A stretch of DNA of 63,933 nt, filler included, from Choristocarpus tenellus KU-1152 (lineage: Eukaryota; Protista; Phaeophyceae), in the NCBI GenBank assembly GCA_964200185.2. It is 12 parts of 12 records of this genome, joined end to end, with 100 filler letters (N's around TTAATTAATTAA, not from the genome) between each part and the next. Parts side by side here need not be neighbours in the genome. Positions count along the whole stretch, not along the records: positions 23,256 to 26,780 come from CAXNAD020019454.1; positions 26,881 to 30,919 come from CAXNAD020016535.1; positions 31,020 to 34,619 come from CAXNAD020019024.1; positions 34,720 to 41,594 come from CAXNAD020007164.1; 8 more parts are not named here. The stretch is one strand, 5' to 3'. Positions 25,514 through 37,653 of this stretch are shown one piece after another; within the stretch, counting starts at the first letter, position 1; each line of letters begins with the position of its first letter. Position numbers and translations under genes: made by a program. The notes below the pieces were generated by a model. It searched no databases. It was not told the origin of the DNA and saw nothing but the letters and a program-made list of their open reading frames with translations.

Positions 25514-26880
25514 GCCTCGCTTAAGTCACTCGATGCCTTGAGCCCAGGCCTCGATTTTGTAACATCGATGCATCACAAGTAGGATGTTTGGATTTCTGAA
25601 TAGTATGATTGTCTTGAAATATATCGTACCAAAGGTAATGTAAGTACAACCTATTGTTTCTTCTATGTATATATATTAAGGTGAAGGAAGACACCACAGA
25701 GATACACGACTAACCCAGGTACAGGAAGGTAGTGTAGTAGTAAAATGGTAAATAGAATAATGTTTTTCACATTGTATGACAAGTGTGACTTATTGGGGAT
25801 TTTTCTGACACGTGAACAGTTTTCATTGCTTTTTCCCTCACCCATCTCCAAAATGTCCAACAGCATACAAATAAGAATAAATATCTATGGGAATGGTGAA
25901 GTTTTAACGTAAAAGACACCTCTCCAAAAACTATCTTCTATTTGGGTAGTAGTAATAGTAGTTTTGTCCTTCAGGTTTTTTTCCCCCTCCGAACGCATCT
26001 AATCTACAAAATGTCACGTCACATCGTACAAAAAATATTTTTTGTTTTCCACTTTCGACTTGATGGAGGTCGATGTATGTCAAGTGTTTGTAATATTTAT
26101 TATTATTATGCCCTCTGACATTTTGGAGAGGTATCAATCAGGGGGAAAGAAACAAATAAAAACTATACGTATGTCAGTATAATCCCCAAAGAAATAAAAT
26201 ATCATAAATGTGAAAAACTATAAATCACTATAAATGTGAAAAACACTTACCTATCAGTTACTTCACCACTATCAATAACATTTTAATAATACTGTCTTCC
26301 TGTGCTTCCAATCTGCGCCCCGAGGGGAGGAGGAGCTAACATTTTTTATCCACAATATATGCACAACGCCCATTCAGAGTTAACTTTGTACGTAATGTAT
26401 TAGGGTCTAAGGGTACTAAGTAAGGATTACTTGGAATGTTAGGTGTGACATAAGAAGATCGGAACTAGGAATCCTACAAGAACCAACTTTTAGATAGGCG
26501 ATCGTTTTGCATCTCTTCTGTCAGTTATGAATGATGTTATGTGGAAGTCTTGAGTTAAATCATTGACAAAATACACTAAACCAACCCCTGAATTGAACGC
26601 TGGAACAGCCCCCTACCAGGACTAAGGCCTTCTACTCGATGTTGCGTTTGTGGAAGTACAGGCAACCTCCCACCTCCTACCCTCATCCACCAGCAATGGT
26701 GTAGCTGCTGCAGCAGCCGAGGCGCAAAAGCGCACCCACTAAGAGGGTTCTTTTGACCCTTGTAGTTATAACCTCAACACNNNNNNNNNNNNNNNNNNNN
26801 NNNNNNNNNNNNNNNNNNNNNNNNTTAATTAATTAANNNNNNNNNNNNNNNNNNNNNNNNNNNNNNNNNNNNNNNNNNNN

Positions 26881-26919
26881 GGTGTAGACCCCCCCCCCTC
26901 CTCCCAGATACTTTGGTCC
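26881..26919 (+). mobile_element. MITE family A right end at contig start
   Basis: gtgtagaccccc..cccagatactttgg. Confidence 0.75.
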
Positions 26920-28218
26920 TTACCCACGCCCCCCAGGTTGGGTCACAGCCCCCCAAAAGTTCCCTAACCCTATCTCCATCAAAAAAGAAAAATAGTGTCA
27001 AGAGGGATCAAACCCACAAGATTAATGTAGGGCACACTGCCCACTAACTAACTAACCTCTCAGCTATGTTGACACTCACCTGGGGAGGAGTAAAAGGTAT
27101 ACTAACCCTAACCCTACGGAGCACAAGCGCTCAACTGACTTGTTAACATAACAGGGTGGCAACAAAGTCGTTCCAACACAGTCCACACACAAACAGTCCC
27201 AGGCACAGAGGGTACTACACCCCCATTCCAATGTGACTACGAGATCGATGATAAAAAAAAACCCTTTGACTACACCAATCAAACTACAGGCGCTGGATAG
27301 CACAAGAGGCTCATTTATCGTCCCAAGAAAATTTAGGGAGAAGCTATTTGTGCACGCTGGCGAGGTGGTGAGCAATACCCACAAAATCAACGTGAGCGCG
27401 GTAACCAACAAGGTTACATCAACAGATTGGGAACAGAAGGTCATTCCTCACTCTGCAACAAGATTTCTTGCGTAAGACTTCTGGATAGAAATGGCGTGTA
27501 CATCTTCACTGCTCCTTCAATCTTCAACCTTCATCTCCCTAACCCTAACCCAAGGGACACTGCCGCCGCAAGCGGTTCACCTAGTTACCTCCTCAGCTCA
27601 AACAGGATTTCATATTACATGGACAGCCTCTGCATGACCTTCCTCCCCCGGTGTAGCTTTGACGGACTAGACACGCCATTGGATGTTACCATTGGATATT
27701 CTTTCTTATCTTTGCTTGAATACTCAAGTGGTAGCGTCAGATATTGCGATCGCATTGCACCAAGGATGCGTATGCAAAAGGTATACCCTCCTCTCAAGGA
27801 GACCGCTTCACACCCCTACAGTAATTCCACTAACTCCATTGATATTCTTACAAGGCTCTATGAGCGGGAGGCACCACCCAAAGGTTAAAGCCTTTCAGGA
27901 CCTAAGCTGTTGTTAGGTTAACATCGGTACAACATTGGTATCTATCTCCTCCAGCAATAACAGCATGCCTGTGACTTGTCACTCCTTTCAAGTGAAAGCC
28001 TCCTCTCAGAGGATAAGATACCCGTACACGTGTATATAAACTATTTTAAAAAATGACAATAAAAAAAAACAAAGAGAGTCAGGCCTACACTGGTGGATTG
28101 CATTGGAAGTATCCACATCTTAGTGCAGCAGTAGGACAACTTAATACTCGAATGCCTTTTACTTGAAAAGACCATCTGCAGAGTAACACATTTTTCACAC
28201 TATTACTATTATTATCAC

Positions 28219-28249
<31 letters not shown>

Positions 28250-28339
28250 TGTCAAGATTATGCTTGACTATTTGTGAGAATATGATTTGAAGTATTATCT
28301 TATGTACGTACAGATGATAGTGCAGGACATTTGGGATAA

Positions 28340-28363
28340 TTAGGGTTAGGGTTAGGGTTAGGG
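28340..28363 (+). repeat. Interstitial telomeric repeat (TTAGGG)4, the longest of many
   Basis: Direct reading. Others at ~10446, 18271, 18866, 20219, 27104, 27537, 29253, 29351, 49661, 50160 and 53838. Confidence 0.9.
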
Positions 28364-28519
28364 TATTATTTGACCGAAAGTAATCGACTGACTGTTACAT
28401 TAGAGTCATTAGACTATTAGAGTCGGAGTGTTTCTGACGGGAAATAGAGAACCGTCGAGTCATTTGGTATTCTGAGTCATTCAATGTTAGGATTGGCGAG
28501 TCCCACCTAGTGCTGGCTC

Positions 28520-29652
28520 ACCCCAGCCGAGTCCGATCCTCTTTGAATGGAGCGCAGTCTACATCTTTTGAGGACTAATCTTTCCTCTAATCTTTCCGAT
28601 TGAATCCTTCCTTCCGCCGATTCTTCATCATCTATCTGTGACATCATGTCACAGATAGATACTCCCCCCCGAGTGAATTCTGAAGCCAACCCACTTGATC
28701 TTCCTCGGTGACGGTACCCCCCCCCCCCCCCCCCCCCCCCACACCCTCTCCCTCATCACCATCCCCTCATGGGGCATGAAATGCTCAGACNNNNNNNNNN
28801 GAGTCCCCCACCCCCCCCCCTCGTGCTCCCTCGGTGGCGCCCCCCCCCCCCCCCCCCCCCAAGCTCTTTAACTCCATCATAAGAGCCTCCTGCCGGTTGA
28901 TAATATTTGCAGGATCTCCTCCAGGTTCCAGTAACCATGTCCATCAATTGCCTTTTCACCAGATTTCTCTCAGTCTGGCCTGAATGGGCATAGTTCTTCA
29001 CCAGTGCGGCGATATTATTATTATTATTATTATTACAAACAACGCTAATAGAAGCGACATTTGTCTTTTCAGTGCATTGAACACCTGTAGGGGTTATCGA
29101 ATCGACAATGGTTGTAACAGGTGCTTGGTATTGATATTGGTATTGATATTGGTGTTGATATTACACATACTTAAATCAAGACAAAAAAACTCACTTGATA
29201 GATTGATGGATGGATTGATTCAATCGACTCACAAATCCATTAGTTGCAACAGTAACCCTAACCCTAAGATGCCAACATTGGGACCGCCAAAATGAAACTG
29301 AATTACTTCTTCCCAGTATACAAGCCAGGGTGAAATGAAAAATCAACAGTAACCCTAACCCTAACCCAAAACCCCCCAATGAGAATACATCAGACCATAC
29401 GCCACCTATTGCACCAGCCCTTTAAGGGGGCAAGAACAGGAAAGCACTCGGGAGAATGGCTGTAGAGTGTGTACCCCAGTTCGTCAAATTTCCTGTTTCT
29501 CACTAAACTGACTCTACTAAGCTGGCTCTAGAACAGTTACGTACCTCCAAGGAGCTCTCTGTGACGTTATTGTAGACAGTCTGAACAGTTGTCCAACCCA
29601 CTGGCACAGGGCGTCCATCAGGTCTTGGGGGTATACGATGGGTGCGTGGTGC
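28520..29652 (-). CDS. Probable exons of an unidentified gene
   Basis: Exon-like 29545-29652 (HHAPIVYPQDLMDALCQWVGQLFRLSTITSQRAPWR, AG/GT bounded), plus open coding-like stretches ~28860-28980 and ~28522-28710 ending at a gtgag donor. The phases could not be fully joined. Confidence 0.45.
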
Positions 29653-29907
29653 CTTTCAAACAAACACACACAACACAACACAACGTAGTACATGGACACC
29701 AATCAGCACAGGCAGCAAGCAGGCGGACACGACGTAAGAAAGAGCCGGTTATGTTTAGTTATGGTCATACACAAGCCAGTCTGCACGCCCTCCCACAGTT
29801 AAGTCGATTCTAGGGTCAAGATGGGGTAGTCCATGGACGAATGGGGGGCATGGGGTATGTCCAAGCCAATCAAAAGGTACGGTTCTTCTACTTGTACCGA
29901 AAAATGG

Positions 29908-30180
29908 AGGTACCATGGTCTGTACCACGGTGTGTACCACAGTGTGTACCACAGTGTATAACATCGTGTGTACCATGGTCTGTACCACGGTCTGTACCAC
30001 CATGTGTACCACGGTCTGTACCACAATGTTTACCATGGTCTGTACCACCGTGTGTACCACGGTCTGTACCACTGTGTGTACCATGGTCTGTACCACCATG
30101 TGTACCACGGTCTGTACCACAATGTGTACCATGGTCTGTACCATTGTGTGTACCACAGTGTGTACCATGGTGTGTACCAT
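29908..30180. repeat. 12-bp minisatellite (TGTACCAY-NNTN), ~22 units
   Basis: Tandem tgtaccacggtc / tgtaccatggtc / tgtaccacagtg units. Confidence 0.95.
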
Positions 30181-31019
30181 TGATACAACAATACCATGAT
30201 TTACTATTTTTTCCGTTTCCCAACTCCTAATCCAACGCCACACTTCTACCAAAACCACCACCACCACTACTGTTCCGCACAAGAATAAAAACTACAAAAA
30301 AAGAAACGAACACTTCGAAGGTACAAGCCAAGAACAAAATGAAAAAAAAAGACATCACTTCCCGAAAACAATAACTGCACCGGCTCTACAGCCAAAAATA
30401 GAGATACCACATAACCAACCGCTTATCACTCGGCGGCACGGCCAAAGGGCAACACACATAAAAAAAAATTAAAAGCAATAAAAACAGGACAGCAATCCAT
30501 CCAGGCTGCGACACCTCCCCCACGTCAAACTCAACAGTTAGGGACACCGCTTCTGCAAAAAAACAACATACTGCTGCTGGTGTTACCAACAGGCAACTAA
30601 CTGGAAACGCCTCCTTATTAGAAAAAAACAAACAGTTTTTAGGGAGAGTACGTTTGCCGAAGATTATGTTGTCAGAAAAAGGTATCGATGTCTTTTCCAT
30701 TATGTTGTCAGAAAAAGGTATCGACGTCTTTCCCAGCAAGACCAGTCCAGTCCCCTCTCACTTCCCCCACGCATTTGCACCATATACACACATATACACA
30801 TAGATGTATGTATATATGTATATATGTATATGCATGTATGTAAAGATACCCATACCTAATGTAATTGGAGGATCGACCATTGTGACAGTTCAGGTGTTGG
30901 GGGGAGAGGGAGGTAGGGGNNNNNNNNNNNNNNNNNNNNNNNNNNNNNNNNNNNNNNNNNNNNTTAATTAATTAANNNNNNNNNNNNNNNNNNNNNNNNN
31001 NNNNNNNNNNNNNNNNNNN

Positions 31020-31257
31020 GGTAGAGCCGCATCCATTTGGGGGCCAAAATCCAATGTTGCGATTTTGATGAAATTTTGGCTATCGTGTTTGTTAGGAAGT
31101 GTCAATATCCTTGTTCCGGACACCCTTCCATAACGTATACATTTTACCTACTCCGAAATATTTTGGACAAGAAAAATGTCATAAAACACCCCGAGGGAAG
31201 CCAAGCCCCGAATAGACAAACTGGGAAAAACTCATACCCTCTAAGATACTTTCACTC
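31020..31257 (+). mobile_element. MITE family B, left end truncated by gap
   Basis: gtagagccgcatccatttggggg..taccctctaagatactttcactc. Confidence 0.88.
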
Positions 31258-31264
31258 TTGTATC

Positions 31265-31760
31265 TCTACGAGTGTGACGTCTAGCAGAAGACCTTTGTCC
31301 CTGTAGGGAGCTGTTCCGGTGTCTGCTATAGTACCCCTGCATGGAACACCAGATCCATGCGGAGATCCCTGTCCACGGTGAAAAGGCTATTGTCCTCCAT
31401 AGTGCAAGGGATGCCCATCCTCTTGCATAGTTGGGGCAGGCGTTTTACCATTGGAGTGTGCTATCGTACCTGTCCACCTGCCCTGGGGCAAGTACGGGCA
31501 TGTCTGGTATCAACATTTTGCCTCCTGCACCCTGCCACTGGACACCTGTTGGATAGGGCCTCCTCCCTACCTAGGGATCTGCCGACTGTGAGCTTGAATT
31601 CCAGAGGAGGATCTAGCATGCTGGTTCCAGAGGTTGAGGTGAGGCCCACGCGTTTGCCCCTTGTCCACACTGGCTCCGTTGGCGCGCTATGGCCAATGAG
31701 GACCTTTCCCTCCCTTGATGTGCCTCATTTGGAAGGCCAGTCAGTTGTGTCCTGAAGGAG
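31265..31760 (-). pseudogene. Degenerate CRE-like non-LTR retrotransposon 3' region (CCHC knuckle plus restriction-like endonuclease)
   Basis: CPVAGCRRQNVDTRHARTC (Cx4C..H..C) followed by VEDNSLFTVDRDLRMDLVF..LLDVT, a PD-(D/E)xK-like REL motif, with stops and frameshifts. Paralogous pieces at 41695-41810, 42880-43195 and ~38520-38700. Confidence 0.65.
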
Positions 31761-31977
31761 TCAAAACGCATATTGTTCGGGAGGCGTGTGATCTTGTGTT
31801 GAGCCCTCCTTGTGATCCTGGCGTCATGGGTGGCTAGAATATGTACCATAGTAGTATGCGTTTTATATTCTGACATTTAAATTGTCATATCTTCTTTTTC
31901 CTCGGACACATCTGGAAAATGTGAGACAGCAAAAAAATAGACATAAATCGTGTTGGCAAACGCCTCTATTATCAGAA

Positions 31978-32286
31978 CGATCTTGATTTTTCTTAAGGGG
32001 TTGCCCAACAAGTTAATCGACAATCAGCACATCGCATGAAAGCTCTTAAACTAAGCTATCGAGTTCCGCAAAGAAATTCTTTGGAAACATTATTTTGGCG
32101 ATGTTAAATTCTAACCGAAGATTTCGGCACAACCTTGAAAATGTTTCGGAATAAATTATCACGACCAAAAATATTTTCCCGAAGTATTTCTTTGCCTAAA
32201 TCGATAGCGTAGATGAAGAGCATTCATTCAATATGTTGATAGTCAATTAAATCCTTGGGCAACCCTTTCAAAAAAATCAAGATTGG
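31978..32286. mobile_element. ~310-bp imperfect palindrome (foldback MITE)
   Basis: atcttgatttttcttaaggggttgcccaa.. pairs with ..ttgggcaaccctttcaaaaaaatcaagat. Complementarity continues inward (gctatcga/tcgatagc, caaagaaat/atttctttg). Confidence 0.8.
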
Positions 32287-32496
32287 TAACCGTCAAAACG
32301 GTATAGGTGGGCGGGCCTTGGCTTAATACCGTTTAAGCCACTCACAGGACACTGTGACGCCCAATGAGATCCGAGTTGTCACCTGACGACGTTGACATTG
32401 TAGTGCGGTCACTCCCTGATGAATTTGAGTTCGTCCGGTGGCGCCGGGAGGCCAGGGGCAAGTGATATCGCCTGAGGATTTCCGAGCGTCCACAAG

Positions 32497-33180
32497 GTGA
32501 GAATGGGGAGGTCGTGGAGTGCTGCAGCTGGACACTCAAACCAACGAAGCACAGGCATAGTCACGACATGGATGGTGAGCACTAGGGTGTTGGCAGATAC
32601 ACCTCCCATGAAAGCTGGTGATATTCAGATACTCACGTTCACTCAGGGTGATCCACCCCCATTCCACCAGCCCTACATGCCTCCCAAGGAATATGTTGGA
32701 TAGGTTAAGGGGATGAGACAGACTTCGCAAGAGAGACTTTTGTTTATCCCAGGGATGACCAAGGACGGGGGCAAGGACAAGAATAAGAGCATGAGCATGG
32801 TGTACGTTCTTGGGGAGCAGCCGAATTTCAAGGTGGTAGAACCGACTCTTAAGATTCTGGTTGAGCGTCTTGGCGGACACTGCTTGGTGCTCCCAAAGTA
32901 CCACTGTGAATTGAACCCGATAGAGATTATCTGGGGGCGGGCGAAGCACTATGTACGAGGCCACAGTGACTACACGTTGCCTGGAATGAGAGCCAACATT
33001 CCTGCCAGTCTTAAGGAAGAAGGGGGGCTGTCCAGAGTAATTGTGGAGAGGTTCTTCAGGATGAGTATTGCTTACCACATATATTCCAACGAGAAAAGCA
33101 TGGAGTGCACCAAATTGGACAGGGTGTACAAGACATTTAAGTCTCACAGGAGGCCTGCACCTTCAGAATACTTCATTTGA
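32497..33180 (+). pseudogene. IS630/Tc1/mariner-superfamily DDE transposase C-terminal half, inactivated
   Basis: LVLPKYHCELNPIEIIWGRAKHYVR is the DDE_3-type catalytic Glu motif, preceded by KGMRQ..ER. ORFs 32497-32703 and 32713-33180 are in one frame, separated by a TAG. Confidence 0.8.
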
Positions 33181-34364
33181 CTAGGTATGGATTATCTGGT
33201 TCAGAGATCCAGGTTCCCATGAGTGAGCCTTAGTCAGCAGGTGACAACATCGCAAAAACGGGAAATAATGGAAAGAGAACGGAGAGACAACAATGCACAT
33301 GTTCTCCGGGTTAAGACTGCCTCTTCTGGCGTAAAAATCGTCCTCAAATGAGCGGTTCGCGCGCACCGCATAGCACGTACGCGCATGTCGCGCGTGGAAT
33401 ACTTGATTTAAGTATGGTCCTTTATTTCTCACGATTACTTTAAGTTGACCAACCGAGCCCATCAAATAAGGTTAAGCATGATTATACGATTACAGTAAAC
33501 AAATTTTCATGAAAAAATTAATTGTTGATCGAAAGGTATGGCATTACAAAGTTGATGCAGGAGGCCCTTGCCAACACTGTAGTGGTGCATGTTTCAACTT
33601 TAAAAGGTTCATTAAGGGACCTCAACCTGACACACTACAGACGTCATCATGTTAGGACCCTACTGACGATTCCACAATGTGTTAGTTTTTTGAAGGGGGG
33701 TAAAAAATTTATACTTTCAACAGGGGAACCAAATACTACATAAATTACAGTAGTAGTAACCTAAGACTTAACAGATTTCCCCCCCCCGTTAAATCACAAG
33801 ATTTATTCATCAATATGAGGTAGGGACAGATCACCGATACACAATAACCTTCTCTCGACAAATGGGCACAAATCATTTATACATGTTGATAAAAACGATG
33901 AGTGATCTCTGCAAATCGTGTGGACATGGTAACCAACAAGGTTAAATCGAATCTATTTGTACATCATTCCTCAACATTGAGTTGTATTCAGTTAGTACAT
34001 GATTTGTAACAACATTTTCGTGGGTAGAAACGATTTGTGCTCGGAGTACATCTTCACCACACGTCTTCAACCTTCACATACAAATATTTGTACATACTTT
34101 TTTCCTACTTATTTTTGAAGCACAAATGAGTTAAATCATGATTAGTCCGACTTGTGTACATTATACTGATGGCAAAACACATCTGGTATTCACAGAGGCA
34201 AAGAGAGATCATCGTCAATTACTTCTGAGTAGAATTCCAGGGTGATCAGACATACTGCCCATATTGTTGTTCCACTGGAAGTATTGCTCGGATCATGGGA
34301 TGATGTACATGTGGATAATGATGAGGAGGTGAGGACAAGGATTGATATAAATCGTCTTGCATAT

Positions 34365-34588
34365 GAGTCAAAGTATCTGGGGGGGGCGGGTGCCGGCGTC
34401 CGTTTTTTACCCTGGCTCAAAGTATCTAGGGGGGGCAGCGGCTCCATTTGGGGTCAACTTTTTCATGTCGCGATTTTTGAGTGATTTGGTTGCATACGTT
34501 GGATGGATAATGAAAGTGCACTTTTCCTGGTTTTGGCCCAAATGAGCACTCTAGCGTAGACCCCCCCCCCCCCCAGATACTTTGGGTC
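34365..34588 (+). mobile_element. MITE family A with compound (double) left end
   Basis: GAGTCAAAGTATCTGG at 34365 plus a second GGCTCAAAGTATCT at 34414. Right TIR ends at 34588; TSD ATAT flanks the outer ends. Confidence 0.88.
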
Positions 34589-34774
34589 ATATGAAGTTGT
34601 GGGTGTGTCAACACGATTGNNNNNNNNNNNNNNNNNNNNNNNNNNNNNNNNNNNNNNNNNNNNTTAATTAATTAANNNNNNNNNNNNNNNNNNNNNNNNN
34701 NNNNNNNNNNNNNNNNNNNTCCCTTCCCTTCCTCTGCCCCCCCTCTCTCCCGCCCGGCGGGGGGCGCGGGGGGT

Positions 34775-34812
<38 letters not shown>

Positions 34813-35567
34813 ATATGGTGCTGTAAAATAGGCAAGGTATGGTACAGTAGTCAGGGATAAGGGTGGAAGGGAAGGACAGAGATTGACTTCATTAGGTCCA
34901 ATACACAATTATGGGCTAAATACCGGTTACTGCATTTTGGGAGGACTGGGGACATCACCCTCTATATTATTCACACTTCTCCCAATCAAATAATATACAA
35001 CCAGATCAGGAATCCTCTTCCTGTAGCCTTCAACAAGTTCATTATTCCATCTTAAAATTATCATACCTTGCTGTACTACAATGCCACACACATGCTTCTG
35101 AAATCTGAGTTGCATGGACTACATACGCTTCACATATTAGACGTGCGCCATGAAGACCAGCATCCCAAGAGGAAAAACTACCCTTCCTTACGTACAAAAA
35201 CTCTTAATCACTGAACTCAAGAGTCAATTCAAGCTCACTTTTGCAATGGGGACCAACAAGGGAGAGCGACAGAGATACAGCACAAAATTTTGCCCCCTTC
35301 CATCCCTGCTGGACCAATGTCCAACTTCGCCTTGTGTCATCAGTGTTTCATTACATAAGTGATCGTCTTCTCAACAACTTGTTTCTGGTAACACATGAAT
35401 GGCGCAAAGGATTTACCACACCCCATGGATAACAATTTGTGTGCGTGTGCAACAGTAACGCAAGCTTCCTATGATTTCCAACACTCTTAGCGGTCCAGCC
35501 ATGCCAAAAAAAACAAAAAAAAAACACTGTCATTCGACAATTGACTATGTAGAAAAGGTCAGATCAC

Positions 35568-37653
35568 CTCCGTCTTGATTCCCTTGACCACACCATAGAT
35601 GCTGTCCAGCGGGACAGCAGTACGACCTCCCCAGCTCAGGTTCATGGTCCCCTTCTTAGTGACAAAAGTGACCGTTACATTCTTGGGCTTGGACCGGCTT
35701 CCGAATGGATGCTGTCACAAGCAGTGAACAAGTTGTTAGATGGAGGCATTGGACAGTGCTCCTAAAGAATGCTTAGATGAACACAAACATCAGTTACACA
35801 CATACGTGAAAAACAGAATTGCCTACACTGACCTGATCTCAACGCAAGCTACCACAGAATCAGAATGGATGAACGAATCTGTCACTTGTCATCCTCCAAC
35901 CCTTGCTGGTCTCTGTTCTACACCGCCAGAACCCAAAGCAAAAAGTTCAATAACCCAACAGACCACCACCGTATTCACAAGCTGGTCTAAAAAAAAAATA
36001 GAGATCCATTTATGACTTGAGTCAGGTGGCTCATGGCTAAAACAATCCATTAAAAGACATCCTCAATCGGACTACAACTATACAGCCTCACATGCACATT
36101 CCAAATACAAATTGGGCTCTGAGTAGAACCAAGGAAACAAAATGATAACAGAAACAAGAGGGAAGGTGTAGGTATTTCTGAGGTGGAGCCTAAGTACATC
36201 ATAACAAGAACTTGTGATGGTTCTTCAGAAGCAAATCTGCAATTAGATGTTATCAGGGCAACATGGAATTTTTTTGTAACCTGCTCAGTCAGTGCAGCGC
36301 TGAGAGACCATTTATAAAAGAATAAGATTTTGAGAAGCTTACAACCTAGATGGAGCCCAAACAAAACAATAAAAACCAGTATCAACCTTTCAATGCTCAG
36401 TTCCGTGCAAATTTATGCTACCCCTTTTCTCTCCCTCATCCTCCTACATCCTCTGAAGAGTCTGTGTTTTGCATCAGAATTCCCATGATGAAGAAAAAAC
36501 TGTTCATGATGTGGGCTACATACTTAGGGGTAGCAAAATAGCAAATTACACAACAACACAATGCTACATCTGAAAAACTGGTTTAAGGAAGTTCAAATAG
36601 CAGAAGAACTAAAATGAGAGCTTAAGAGAAACGGGATTAAAACGGAAAGAAAAGCAGAGATGGCATGATAACACAGGACACAAAGAATACCTCCACTGGA
36701 AAAAAAGCTCAATGATCGCCGCAATAATATACTGGCTCATCACACACCTTAATAACTTCTATTCCCCGTTCCATAATGAGGGAAAATGCAGTGACCTCCG
36801 ACACCAGCTTTCGTCTCACATACCCTCTGGCAATCAGCACACGCATGACTGACTGTATCAAGACCGCAGCAGAAACCACCACGTTGATTGGTACCCCTGG
36901 TGCCACTTCCTCCGCCACCTGTACTACCTTGTCAACTTTCGCCACCCTTGCAGGCCTCCTAGAGGAGGTACCTTTGCGAAGTTGTTGGTTCTTTCCCCTG
37001 CTACTCTCACCCACCTCTCGTCTCTCGGCTACTTTCCTTGTTGCCTTGCCATTTTGGTGGTGTTGGAGTGATGGTGATAGGGTTTCCCGATCACCTCTCC
37101 CTCTCCGTCTTCTCTGAGACCTCGAATCACTCGATACGAGTGACACCCGGTATTTCCCTATATCCAGAACAGGGCTGTGTTCCTTCGAGGTTAAACCTTC
37201 GAGATCGCGATACACCTTGTCCTCTGCGCGACGGATCGTCTCCTCTTGTTCTCCAGCAAACTCTTGTTTTACCATTACCTGAACGTCCCTTGGGGTAGGT
37301 GAGGGGGAGAAACTGCCATTAGACAGCATGTCCTTGATGCTTCCGACTACCGTACCATTGTCACCGCGCTGGAGCGCCTTGGGCGTCGGAGTGTGAGGGG
37401 GGGTGAAATCGCTTCCGTTTGATTGTTGATAATTCAAACCTCTCGTTCGCTCTGATACACTAACGGCTGGAGATGGCGCAGGATAAGAACTCGCCGATCC
37501 CAACTCGGGTGAAGTCGCTGAGAATGACATAGGCCCATCCTCCGGACTTGATAGGGGTCCGGTGACAGCAAAATCCCTGGACAGTGATACCCCCTTCCTC
37601 AAATTGTGAGAACTTTCGGCATGGTCGCTGGAGTGTTCACCGTTCTGGAACAT
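35568..37653 (-). CDS. IQ-motif plus PH-like domain protein with Ser/Pro-rich N-terminus, partial
   Basis: Exon 36748-37653 contains the IQ motif AAVLIQSVMRVLIARGYV and ends MERGIEVIK|GT. It joins in phase to exon 35568-35711 (HPFGSRSKPKNVTVTF..LSWGGRTAVPLDSIYGVVKGIKTE), which resembles PLC/Mcp5-type PH domains. Confidence 0.75.

Noticed and set aside
29755-30282. Six overlapping repetitive ORFs, or a CRISPR-like array
   Set aside because: A by-product of a stop-free 12-bp minisatellite; no unique spacers and no cas genes.
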